Assembly: GCA_012295275.1 (NCBI GenBank)
Contig: CM022670.1
Location: 12,462,001 to 12,526,000, forward strand
DNA from: Chrysomallon squamiferum
Lineage: Eukaryota; Animalia; Mollusca
DNA length: 64,000 nucleotides
Reading direction: 5' to 3'
This document shows, in pieces, positions 1 through 32,151 of this stretch. The notes beneath the pieces were generated by a model. That model ran no database searches. It was not told the DNA's origin and saw only the letters and a list, made by a program, of their open reading frames with translations. How positions within the stretch are numbered: the stretch's first letter is position 1; every line of letters starts with the position of its first letter. A program made the position numbers and the translations under genes.

Positions 1-712
1 ATATTTTTTTAAATGATTGAAGATTGTGTTGTTTGTTTTTTTAAGAAACTTAAGATACAATAATGCCTATTCAATTAACATTGTCCTTAAAAAAAAAAAA
101 AAGGAAAAAATAGAAGACAAAAAACCAAAAAAACCAAAAATGAAGTAAAAAAAAGACAAAAAGAAGAAAAGGAAAAAATAGATCGAAAGAAATGGTCTGC
201 ATTGTGGATTAGACACATGAAACAAGGGGGTTTGATATGAGCTTCCGAAATCATTAGCTACTGACAGAGCAGGAAATGCGAATTTAGATGGAGAAAAACA
301 CAAATCTTGACATTTAGATTTAATGCACACTGTAGCGAAAAAAAAAAAAATACGTTCCATCTTTTTGAATCACTTAGTTCCATGTAACACGAGAATAAAA
401 TCATGATAAAGAGTATTAATGACGTTATTTTTTTACGTAGTTTTCGTTTGAATAATATCTTATTTCTAGAAACATATTATTCTCTCTGTATTATTATTAT
501 TTCTATTATTTTTGTAATTTTTTTTTAACAAAATTCAGTTTATGTCCTGACATCCTGAATTATTTTGTTTAACGACCGAAAGAACAAACCAAAGAGCGAA
601 TAAGTCAGCATACGAATCGTGACTGCATGACTCGTATTTAATTCTTTTGAAATATTAACAGTTTTTAAAATATGATTATTTTGTCACTTCGTAAATAGAT
701 TTTAAAATATAT

Positions 713-714
<2 letters not shown>

Positions 715-806
<92 letters not shown>
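715..806. repeat. (AG)n microsatellite
   Basis: Perfect AG run. Confidence 0.98.
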
Positions 807-811
<5 letters not shown>

Positions 812-3287
812 AACAATTCATTAGTCTGCAAATATTTTTTTCAATTCTGTATTTATTCAATTATAACTAAATAATTACTTCACCTTAAATGTTTCTCTTA
901 AAGCTAAAAGAAACAGATCTTAAGGGAATATAAAAAATAAAATAAAAAATATATAAAAAAATATAAAATTAGAATATGTATTTTTAAAAAAAAAAAAAAA
1001 AAAAACACTTAGCTTTCAACGAAGCTTATTTCTGTCTCGCTACACACCTGAGAATCCCTGATAAGTCCTTTTCAAGGTTGTAACATGAGACGATCTCTTC
1101 AGATTAGAAATGAATGCACGCATGTATCATCTTTGTCGTCTGACGGCATTTTACTTCACAGTCGCCATGAAACATTAGAAGAGCAGGTTTTATTAATATA
1201 ACTAGAGTGTTTTGTCTTGTCGTTGACGTGTACTGCTGTGAACTGAACAATGGTGGGCTGTAAACAAGCCAGTGATAGATGCAGAATATGGTTGTTCTGT
1301 TGTGATAAAATTCTCAACCTGCAAATCGAACGTAGGTAGTTATCTTTATCGCAGACTGTCATCAACTGCGTCGATGGATTCAGATAACCAGCATGGATAA
1401 AAATGAAATATTATTTCATATTAAAAAAAAACACTCTGCAAAAAAATAATTTCACAAACGTGCTTCAGGAATGAAAGTGGAATATCATTTATTTTGTGTG
1501 AACGAATATTTGTTTTTAATGATTACAGCGCACATTAATTGTTAATATAAAATTTGCTGAATTTGATTGATTGATTGATTTATTTATTTATTTACTTATT
1601 TACTTACTTAATTGTTTATTTTCTTGTTTGTTTATTTTGTACAGTTACGATATGAGACAGAAAACTTGCTACTGCTCCTCCTTTAGCTTTATAGGTAGAA
1701 TTTGAAGTAATCAAATCTACTTGCTGCAAAGAATTAATCCTGCACCTCGAACATTCTAATGGTGTTTATGTAAATGTTAAAAACTGGTAATCTGAGAAAG
1801 GAAATAGTTATCTTTTAATCGATAATGACTTTCTAAAATTAGCTAAAGTGTTGATGTAATTTATGTCAAGGCATAACTCATTTCAAACAAAATTTTTATT
1901 TTTGCATTCATTTTAAGAGAAGGTATATAATCATAATATTTTTTCTCTCATCCCGTCAGAAAGTTCCTGTATATGTTATTTTGTTGGTTTCGATCATTTT
2001 CCTTTTTTTTCCGCCTTCAATCTCGATAAGACAGAAGTTAGAAACGGTATCGTACATATGTACATAAATATATATAAAACTAATGGTTAAACCATCTGTA
2101 TTCAGATGCTTGAATCACATACCAGTATTCGTGTTATTCTGGATTTTATTAGGTAAATTTGAGATTAATGCATACATTCTCTTTGCTTTTCAAATAACTT
2201 TCTTGCATATTATATCTGATTTAAAACTGTAGAATTATCGGTCCGAGACTCAAGTCCTTAAAACTTCACATACATGTTTACTGTGCGGCTGACTGGCAGA
2301 AAGCAACAATTCACGACTTTGACATAAATAAATCTACAGAAAATATTTCTATTATTTTTGCCATAAATTATAAACAGAAGAATGTAGTAATTCCACATTG
2401 CAAGCATTTATTTTATAAAAATGTCGTCTTCTCGAAAGCTAGTCGAATTGCTTTTAATAGAAATGGAGGTTTAATTTACCGCTCAAACACTTTTAACTGT
2501 GAATGTCAAAATTTACATCACGGAACAGCGAGGTTGCTGAGAAAAGCCATTATTTTCTTCACTAATGATTTTTATTGCTCCTCTCAAAACACAGGTTTTT
2601 CAATTTCTTGCTTTCTTCTTTCATCCATTCATTTATTCATTCAACCATGCACTCTTTATTTTTATTACCTATTTCTCTGTATACTTACTTATATATTCAT
2701 TCATCCGGCCGGCCGTTTTTTTTTTTTTATTAATTCTGTCATTCATTTATTCAAAATCGATATGAAACAGAAACAACTTAAACAAAACTTTATTTTCCTT
2801 TCTTTCTTTTTTTTTCTGAATAAACCAGTCTTGTTTCTTTCTTTTCGTGTTTATGACACATATTAATACCAAACCTACTTACACGTTCTACAGTTCTTCC
2901 CTATTTCCAATTCGCAAATTGAAACCATCACAATAAATAAATAACCCGTTGCGCCCTTTATGACGTCTAATCGATGCGATGTCAAATTGCGAGTCTCGGT
3001 GTCACTGGAAATTCTCTCAAGTACGCTAGAAGTATGAATCGTCAGTTTGGGCCAAGAATTCCAGTTGTATTACTTTGGTAACCGATGTTGTCGGTGAGCA
3101 TAAATCAAGTACTTTGTGGGTGAATGCAAATTAGATTAGCATTGATTAACCGTTTATTTTCTGCTTATAAATATAACGGTTGCATGATTAAAAGCGACTC
3201 TTTTGTATAATAATTTATTATAAACCAAGAGATGCACATATTTATTAGCGTTATTCAGATATACATATATACTAGCAGATATGCTGA

Positions 3288-3361
3288 TATACATACATAC
3301 ATACATACATACATACATACATACATACATACATACATACATACATACATACATACATACA

Positions 3362-3392
<31 letters not shown>

Positions 3393-3437
3393 GCATACAT
3401 ACATACATACATACATACATACACATACACACACACA
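3288..3437. repeat. (TACA)n microsatellite grading into (CA)n
   Basis: Seen directly; source of the MYVC/HTYI ORFs. Confidence 0.97.
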
Positions 3438-3626
3438 TATAAACAATAACTGATCACGTCTTGATTCCCTCATGGAATCCTCTGACACATTATCATTTCA
3501 TCCAATTAATTGATATAAAAATCAGTTTTAACACGATTTGTTATGCATTTTTTCAGAAAGACCTGAATATTTCTTCTTCAAGTTATATCGAAGTTTTAAT
3601 ATACAAAGTACATCCTTACGCTTAAT

Positions 3627-3663
<37 letters not shown>

Positions 3664-3666
3664 GTC

Positions 3667-3711
<45 letters not shown>

Positions 3712-6137
3712 GTCTTTAAATAATATTCTTTAGATATTTATTTATATCGTGTGACTTATTTATTTGTTTGTTTATTTACTGTAAACTGGTATTTTTCGCA
3801 GTTCTGGTGTTTTTGTTTTTACGACGTTTGGTGTCACTCCAAGACAATTAGAGAATTAAAAAAAAAAACGAAAAAATAACTGAAAAGAGCATTTTTGTAA
3901 ATTTCTGTCACTTTATAATACCAAGGTTAAATAGCTGTTTACTGGATCATGATTTTAAATATGTGACAAATGTTTTCTTTCTCTTTGTCTTCTTCTTTGT
4001 TTTTTTTTTTGTTTTTTTGTGTTTGTTTTTTTCCTCACTCTTCTTTTTACAGAATCAAACTGGTTTTTTTTCTTAGGCTTTTTTCTTTCTTTCCTTTATT
4101 GTCTTCCTTTCCATACATTATTCTTGTTGCTGTTTATGTCTAATTCTTTAAAATGAATGAATGAATAATTAAAGAGAAAATGAAAGAAAGAAAGAAAGAA
4201 AGAAAGAAAACAAGATATAATGAAGAAAGTCAAGTCTATTATAATGCACCACTGTCCAATCTGAATGTACCGCTATGTTACCTTATAATTAATATTGTGT
4301 CTCCATTCCCACATCAGTTTGATCATCACATTGCATGTTTTCCACAAATTACACAATCTGTACGTCTCAGTCTTCAAATCTAAACATTTCAGTTTCAAAG
4401 CTTGTACGACTTAACAGAGCGCCATTAATAACACAAGATATTTCCTCAAGATGGTGATAGCTACTTCCGGCTCTCGCACGGACCTGTGTGCTCTGACAGA
4501 TGGCGCTGTTATGGAATGACTACATTTCCGTTATGTTAATGAACTGCTTGACTAACTCTGCATTCTGTGTCTAACCAAAATCATGACATTTCGTTTGCAT
4601 TTGCTTTGTTTTAAAAAGAAAAAAAAAATGTAAAGCCCATTTAAAATCCACTAAAAGAAAAGAAGACGAAAAAGAGCTCTATAGAATGGAAAAAAAAAAA
4701 AAATTTGAAGATAATTCTGAAAAAATATATATATATTAAAAACCAAAAAAAAAAAAAAAAAAAAAAAAAAAATTAAGGGGATCAGATATCATCAGAGAAT
4801 AAAAGCAAAAAGACATAATGGAAGACAAACGAAAAAAATATATATCGCTTTTTAAAACGAATATCGAAATTAAAAACCTCTAGGACACAATGACAGGGTT
4901 TGGTATCATGTTTCACAATCGTAATGAAAAGACAAATTGTACGCTCTGTGAAACTAATTGTAAAATCAATGCTGAACGTTAGGAACACAAATAAAATTAC
5001 CTGAAAATGTAAACGCTACTTCTCAAATCACCTTATGCTTTCGTTGTTTCTGAAATTATATAGAAAATTTCCACTTGCTGACAAATACAATCTGATATAA
5101 AGTACGCCTGTCTTGGACACACAATATAGTGCCATGGGAGTCTTGCCCAAGAGACGGTTACAATTATGTTAAAATATTTATTCTTTGAAAATATTATTTT
5201 TCACTGTGTAAAGATCAAAATGACACGATGCCATTAAAATGCTCTTAACAAATTCCAGTTCAAGTTCATTCGGTGCATAACAATCTTATACACACATGAA
5301 ACAGAGTAATAAATATTTAAATTTATTTACTCACTTACAAATAGATACAAACATCATTTTTCTTAACGGTATCGGTATTTCAAGTGTTCCTTTCTCATTA
5401 CTATACCATAAGATTATATAACAAAATTATAAAAGCTGAATGATAAATGTTTATGCTTTCTGAATAACAAAATATAAAAATAATATATATATATATCAAA
5501 TATAAAGGTTCTTTATATAGCAAAACTATATATTAAAAATTCCAATAACAAGATATCTTGCGGATTCATCTTAATTCCAGTTCGAATTTCAGAACTCTGA
5601 CTTTCAAATAAAGTGACGGTCTTCTTTATAACGAACCAGTTATCAGTATCTTAAGCGTTATCTCTGAACCGTGTCTACCTAACATAACACCGGACCATAT
5701 ATTACTAAGACAAATGGGTTACTCCTTGACTAACCTAATATAGTTTGAAAATGCTAGACGCAGATCGTTTCTTTCTCAGATTTCTAGTCTCGAGTTTAAA
5801 TAAGTTGGCAGTGCTTTCTCTGATTCTGAAAATTAGGTGACTGACTGTTATTTTACAAATTAGCTGACGCGACGTTTTACTTTACGAGATTACTAGACTA
5901 AGTGGTGATTTCTGCTGACCACCTGTAATAATTCAGTGATTTGCTGAAATGTCTTTGATTTCGACATTCTTGTTGACGTATGCAGGTTCGTGAATGCCTT
6001 TGTGCGCATGCTTAGGGGTATAATACAGCTATTTGTTTACATTATGATCTGAATGATGGGTCTTTAATACTGTACTGATGTGAAATGTTTCAGAACTGAA
6101 TATGATATGGTTAATGTGTATTACCTGTATACGTAAG

Positions 6138-6252
6138 GAAGAGGAGGAGGAGTAGGAGGAGAAGGATGAGTAGGAACAGAAGGGGGAGCAGAAGAAGAAG
6201 AAGAAGAAGAAGAAGAAGAAGAAGAAGAAAAAGAACAACAACAACAACAACA
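6138..6252. repeat. Compound (GAG)/(GAA)/(CAA) microsatellite
   Basis: Seen directly. Confidence 0.93.
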
Positions 6253-6762
6253 GCTAATATTGCCATTCTTTTTCTCCTTAATAATTAGTATACATAAAAT
6301 GTTATTACAATATACTTATCTGTACTGAACTTGTGGATTAATATATTTTAAATTAATATATAACTAATTATCTAGCAGGAGGATGCGTTGCTTTATGACT
6401 TTAAAATTAAGTGCTGTTCACCAGGTGATTATTGATGACGTCATTGATTAAAATAATTAAAAATACCATTAAAAATAGTTAATCTTATTGGGTTTTTTTT
6501 TTTTTTGCCTTTATTTATTTATATTTTTTCTTTCCACATTCTTTCTTTATTGACTTCTTTTTAAAAAAAAATATTACTTGATTCATTTCGCTTTTTCTAA
6601 ATTACGGATTTACAAAACAGCTATTTTTTTATTTTCAGTGTTTTCATTTCTTTTATTTATTTATTTATTTATTTTTTCTTATTATTGTTTTTTATTCTTT
6701 TTCATTTTTTATCTAGGAAATAAATATATGAAAAAAGACACTGGAAATTCGGCTTATCGTAA

Positions 6763-6777
6763 GTGTGTGTGTGTGTA

Positions 6778-6840
<63 letters not shown>
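6763..6840. repeat. (GT)n(GA)n compound microsatellite
   Basis: Seen directly. Confidence 0.96.
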
Positions 6841-6843
<3 letters not shown>

Positions 6844-8145
6844 ACTTATCCTCTATATGTGTCTGTCATGTACACACAATTTCTAGTTCACTTTATTTCT
6901 TGTTATTAATATCCATCAACAACAGATATCATGCGTTTTAATTATCCTTCCTAGAGTAGAATAGTTATTCATAAAATCATAGCAATGCTCAGTGAAACTA
7001 ATACCAATTAACAAAATAAAATTCAAAAAAATAATCGTCTTTTCTTCAGCTTTGCAACTCTCCACATTAAATTTTCGCTTCAAGCATAGTGGCCAGAATT
7101 TCGTCAGATGTTGTATTTTCTTAAAGATTTAGACGACACCTTCAAGCTTTTTATAATTAATTTTCCTGCTGTGCTGAAAGGAGAGAGCTGTATTCTTTGG
7201 TTAGAGCGCTTGTTAAAGTCTGGTCAGTCAGTGCTATATTGGTTTATCCACAACGTTGATATGTGCTCCATCGCTTATTTAAAAACTATGTTTTATATAT
7301 ATATATATATATTCTTTGCTGAATAGAGTGGTTGTTAACATTTAATTTAGGATCATCATCATCATCAGCAGCAGCAGCAGCAGCATCACACTGTAGTAAC
7401 TCACAGTACTGAAACCACGGTGTAGAGGTGTATTTGTCAAATTTCGAACTGAATATACACTGAAGTATATATTTCTAGTTTAATGACTCGAGCAGTTATA
7501 TTTCACCATTCCTTCTTTAACGATGAACGATACGTTTCCGTTGCATAAACGACAAAAACAACTTAGATATGCACATGCTTAAACCTTTAATAAGCATTAC
7601 TTGAGCCAACGTTAGAATAGAAAATTGCATCATGAATTTTTTTTTTTCACTCCATTTCAGAGGATGCAGAAATATTTAGCTGTGTTTATGTCGTGCTTAA
7701 TTCAACAGAAGGCGTCAAAGCCATACTTAAGGAAGAAAATGTTCGGCTACAATTTATTCAGTGCACGAAAAATTCACATTATTGTTGAAGAATGAGTTTG
7801 ATCAGCTCGTGTGAAATGATGTAGTCAGATTTACAGAAGATGTTTTTTCAATGGCCAGAGTTTATCTTCTTTAAAAAGTATTTTCATTTATTTTACTGCA
7901 GTTATTATTAAAAGTATTTTCTTGTGTTCAATTCGTGTATTGTTGTTTCGGACATTGCGTTTCGCTCTAATAAAGTATGAAGATAGTGCTAGATGCCAAA
8001 CAGAAGTTTATGTTTTTTAATGTTTTGTTTATTATGGCTTTTTGATATTCTTTTGTTTGCTTATTTGGATATTATTTTCTTTCTTCTTTTTTTTCCAGTT
8101 ATTTGTATATTTATTTATTTATTTTAATTTAATTTATTTTAATTA

Positions 8146-8252
8146 ATTTATTTTATTTTATTTTATTTTATTTTATTTTATTTTATTTTATTTTAATTAA
8201 TTTTTTTTTTTTAAATTTTTAAATTTTATTTTAATTCTGTTAATATGTTATT

Positions 8253-8337
<85 letters not shown>

Positions 8338-8340
8338 CTA
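8146..8340. repeat. (ATTTT)n, (TC)n and (TATC)n simple repeats
   Basis: Seen directly. Confidence 0.93.
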
Positions 8341-9314
8341 AGAACTGGAAATCAGACCGCTCGGAAGTGACATTACAAGCAACATCAACGCGCGAAACAT
8401 ACTGTCAGCGTACCGAAGAACAAAATTTCAGAACTGCTAATCCACTTTTGTCTTCCTCTAACACCAACCCCTGTGGACACGACTTTCCTTAAGTTAATCT
8501 TCTTAGCCTGGTCCACTCAAACTCCACAAGCCAGGTCGCATTCAGGCCCATTACTCACTCGCGCCGGCTGTAAATTTGTTTTCTTTATAGAAGCCGCTTC
8601 GATAAGGCCCGGTACACGAACCTCCAAATCCCATCAGTAATGGGTTTTCTAAGACAGAGCTCGTGACTGGCATGCAGTATGATGCAGCGACCCTGGCAAG
8701 CAGTTTATTAACAGGGCTCAAGAAATCTTCACTCTACAAAGAGTTGTTTGTGGTCGAGTGGAATAGCAAATGATTGACGACAGTCTTCGTCTTGAGTTTT
8801 CTCTTTCTAAACCAACCAATTCTGGCTGAGCGGTGATAATTGAAATTATGAATAATTCTTTTGTGGTTTTTTGTTCTGTGTTGATCGAGGTGTGTAAGAT
8901 ATTTCTTTTGTAAACGTAATAATCAGTGTATAATGTAATATGTATGCTGCATATTCTGTTAGTAATGATCTATAAAATTTCTGGTGTTAGTTTCGTAACC
9001 TGAAGTACCATCGATATATTTTATATTTATTGTTTGTGTATTTGGAAAAAAACTAACTGTCTCATTAAATACAAACGTACGTACATACATATATATAAAG
9101 ATACTTGAATTATACCATAATTGTATAAAGTTTTTATATTATAATTGATTATTAAGTTTGTTATTAAATCTATAGATAATTATATTTCTATAAATCAAAA
9201 ACCCAAACCAGCACTAAAAAATTAAAAATATTTAAAAATTAAAAATAAATTAAATAATATTGGGATTAATAACTTGAGCTGTATGTATATTAAACTAAAT
9301 AAATAAACAATAGT

Positions 9315-9338
9315 ACAACAACAACAACAACAACAACA

Positions 9339-9380
<42 letters not shown>

Positions 9381-9417
9381 TCTACTACTACTACTACTAC
9401 TAATAATAATAATAATA
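9315..9417. repeat. Compound (ACA)(ACT)(AAT) microsatellite
   Basis: Seen directly. Confidence 0.95.
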
Positions 9418-9741
9418 CATATTTAATTTACAATGAACAGCAGTTATAGATATCCATGTTAATTTATAAGTGAAATGGTTAGGCCTGAAGCCAAATTATT
9501 TCATTTCTAGACTCTAACATGATATCTCACAGACCAGTGGTCTCGATAATGACACAGACAATCAGTTTAGATTTTGTTACATTAAGTAATAAGTTTTTAG
9601 TATTCGTAAGACGATACGAATCAAGCAGAAAATAAACCCAAAACCATAGAACTCTCGCCTCAGGCTCGCTGGATTGTTAGATCAATGATCCTACATGGTC
9701 TAATTGGACGATTTCTGTTCCCAGTATTTGCTAAAGCTTTA

Positions 9742-9844
<103 letters not shown>

Positions 9845-11055
9845 ATTCATAATGGAATTTAATAACCGTTAGTAATATTATAGGATGAAATGTTATTTAA
9901 TGCACATTAATTCAAAAGAATGTTTAGCAAAGGCACGATTGTTTTAATAAATTAATACATTTTTCCAGTTTCTTTTAAAACTAATATCATCTCCCAAAAT
10001 AAATGTTGAATGTAAAGTTAAACTAAAATTATAATGTTTGAAAATAAATTACTGCTGGTGAACTGAAAATATTATATCAGTGAAAATATCTATATTAAGC
10101 TGTGTACACAAATGCTATTCTTTACTACAACAACCACAGTGGTATCTTTATTTCAAGAACCGTATCAAATCTTAATTTAAACATTGTTTTGATCAGAAAA
10201 GAAAATTAAATAATTATATTGGAACTAAGTACAAGACATTATATCTGCCATAAACAATAAAACAGTAATTTACATGAGTAAGAGCAAACATTTTACAAAA
10301 TGACCGGAATTCATCGAAGCCTAAGTTACCAATCACAGCTGCGGAGCGTACATTAAGAAGGAGGAAACGAGATTGGTCCGTCACTAAGAAACTATTAAGA
10401 GCTTTACAATTCTGCTGTCTACGAAACTGCTTTTTCGTGAGATAATAAGGGTATGATAGATTTGTGATCGACACTACGGAGGCAGTAAGCCCCGGGGAAA
10501 TGGCGCACAGAGCAACTCATTAACACGAATGACCACTGTTGTGCAGCATCTTGCAGCTTAATAATAGTAGTCTGCTCAGTGCTGATAGCGAAGCCTCTGA
10601 GCGGTCTCACAACAGACTTTCTTTATAAACTGAAACCAAATACATTATTTCTGTGCGTAACTATTCTTTCTTTTTATTAGTATTATTGTTGTTGTTGTTG
10701 TTGTAATATTTGTTTATTTATTTATTTATTTATTTATTTACTTTCTTTTTGTTTCATTCTTTTTTTTCCTCGCTATCTTTTTTTTTTTTTTTTTTTGAAA
10801 AACTATTGCCATTATCAGTCAGCTCGCATTTTACCCAAGGCATTGCTTTAATGAGATAACATGTTTTGTGTTTCTAGTAGCATTGCAACACGTTATTACC
10901 CATTAAGAGAGCAGCCATGCTATTTCGCTTCTAACTTAAACAGCCAGTTTCATCATCTCTTTGACATTAATTGCATACCATCCCATCCCTCAGAATAATA
11001 ACGGTGGTAGCTGTTGCGTAATTTCGGTTTCGAATGTTTTGGTAAGGAACAGTAC

Positions 11056-11091
<36 letters not shown>

Positions 11092-11249
11092 AACCGATTG
11101 TGATGTGCTTCCATCATCCACTGAGATCTACTGTGGTCTGTACTCTAAGAAATAATGTTTCCATGACCTTGTATAGTCGCCCCAAGTTAAGAGAAATAGC
11201 TGATGCTGTGTTATTTTGTCAATAATTAAATAGTGACTGTTGCTTTCAG

Positions 11250-11333
11250 ACTACGAAACCTTACATAGCTCATACCTAATAATGACTTCGGATGTGATAG
11301 GTCCTCTGATACATTTTTGGTTACTTAAAGTGG
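11250..11333 (+). CDS. Candidate upstream ATD exon of the glutamate receptor
   Basis: tttcag acceptor and G|gtaatg donor, phase 1-1, open frame YETLHSSYLIMTSDVIGPLIHFWLLKV. It joins in frame to V-CRQMSQGV and reproduces the L-x4-D-x7-F-x6-C spacing of GluA2 ([22 protein letters not shown]). Residue similarity is weak. Confidence 0.35.
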
Positions 11334-11520
11334 GTAATGCTGTAATGTAAGTTTGGTTTGAAATAATAATTTGTTATTTTTATAGTTTGAAGAAATGTGA
11401 TATGTTTTACAATTGAGTGGTGCATAATGCAATTTGGTATGAAGTACGTATCTATGAATCTAGATACTAAATGTGTATCCAGAGGGATACACAAATGATT
11501 AAATGTGATATGCTGTCATT

Positions 11521-11622
<102 letters not shown>

Positions 11623-11809
11623 AATCTTCTCACTATTACCATCATTCGTTATCTCTCAGACATTTAATATTTATCTCATACGACTTTTTTTTTTCCCCCG
11701 TCTCCTTTCCTATCTCTTAAGAAAACTTCTGCTCTTAGCAAACAAATTCTGCACCAATATCTTGGGTATACATCAAAATATACGACATCGCGTGCACATC
11801 TGATTTACT

Positions 11810-12010
11810 CAGCGACTCCGTGCTTGGTCCCTACACCTCATGCGAGAAACGTGCGATCGATTCGAGATAATTGCGCCATTTTGTAGCCGAGTCACTAGCA
11901 ACACTATTCGTCACGGCACCTGGTACCAAACTACGACTGCCGATTACGAATAAAACCTGCAAGAAAGTTGTGTCCCTTTTTGTCTGTGCACGCAGACCCG
12001 CGGAGAGGAC
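11810..12010 (+). promoter_or_regulatory. CpG-rich, higher-complexity island ~1.3 kb upstream of the first secure receptor exon (possible promoter/5'UTR or enhancer)
   Basis: GC- and CpG-rich relative to its surroundings; ends in CAGACCCGCGGAGAGGACAAAATG. Function is inferred only. Confidence 0.3.
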
Positions 12011-12314
12011 AAAATGAATTGATTGTTTTTATTATTCGCGGTTTTCCTTTTCCCGATATGGAACTCCTTGAGGGAATAACGACGAAACGTGGGTATAATC
12101 AGTTTTTCTGTTCTCGACGAAGACAACAGGACTTGTTTTAGTGAAGACAGAAAGGAGGGAAAAGTTCTTAGAAAGCAAAAATCAATACATACATTCATAA
12201 CAGTATTTTAACCACATAAAATATAAATGTCAGACAAATATTACTGAACTGCCTGCAAAACATTTGCAATTACCATAAATAAAAAAAAAAAAAAAAAAAT
12301 TAAAAAATAAATAA

Positions 12315-12366
<52 letters not shown>

Positions 12367-12684
12367 GAAATAAAATAAAATAAAAGTGCAACCAACGTCC
12401 ATTTCTAGGTTCTGTTTCAAAAAGAACAGAGACAAATTGTTCAGCACTGGTTTCCTCATTTAGATTAAGCCTGCGCACAAACTTCGTAATAAATCTAATG
12501 AACTATATTTTAATGATTAACCACTCTCGCCAAAATGTGAATCAGTGACATCGTGATTTAATATACATAAATTAAATGTCTGTTACAGTGTAGCATACAC
12601 TTTATTGCTTTGAACCATCGACAGAAGAATATTTATTTATTCATTTTGTACATTTAATTTCTGATTTTCAGAACCGTTATACAT

Positions 12685-12788
12685 TACATTACTACTACTA
12701 GTACTACCACCACTACTACTACTATTACTACTACCATTACTACTACAATTAGTACTACTTCTGTTACATTTTTCTAAAATTATTATTA

Positions 12789-12847
<59 letters not shown>

Positions 12848-13246
12848 GTAGTTGTTGCTGTTGCTGTTGTTGTAAGGTATATATTTTGGCACGGTTTTCT
12901 ATCATTCGTGATAAAACCGCAATTAGATAACTATATTCCCTAGAGTTCACCATTACACTATCATTACTTCTACTACCACTACCACTACCTCTACCACAGT
13001 TACTACTAATACCACTAACATTACTACTAGTACCAATATCACCATCACCTATTCTAATATGACTATTACTGCTACTACTACTACCACTAGCATCACCATT
13101 ACTATCATTACCACTACTACAACCACTACCACTGCCACTATCACGATCATCTCTTCCACTACGACTATAACTACTACTACTACAACTATCACTAACATCA
13201 CTATTACTACTACCACTACCACTTCCAGTACCACTATTACTACTAC

Positions 13247-13328
<82 letters not shown>
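12685..13328. repeat. Long cryptic trinucleotide tract (ACT/ACC/ATC/ATT) running up to the 13335 acceptor
   Basis: Seen directly; source of poly-Thr/Ile/Val ORFs. Confidence 0.92.
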
Positions 13329-13334
13329 TCACAG

Positions 13335-32151
<18,817 letters not shown>

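Noticed and set aside
3154-3488. ORFs with MYVC/HTYI repeats (also 23196-23482, 36046-36471, 46265-46507)
   Set aside because: Translations of (TACA)n/(CA)n microsatellites; no splice or domain support.
8848-8900. ATG MNNSFVVFCSVLIEV with a nearby GTAAGA donor as the receptor's first exon
   Set aside because: Too short and weak for a signal peptide, and direct joining would omit the conserved first ATD strand and helix.
11334-11352. Extending the candidate exon to KVGNAV with the stronger GTAAGT donor at ~11347
   Set aside because: That donor is phase 2 and cannot join the phase-1 acceptor at 13335 in frame.
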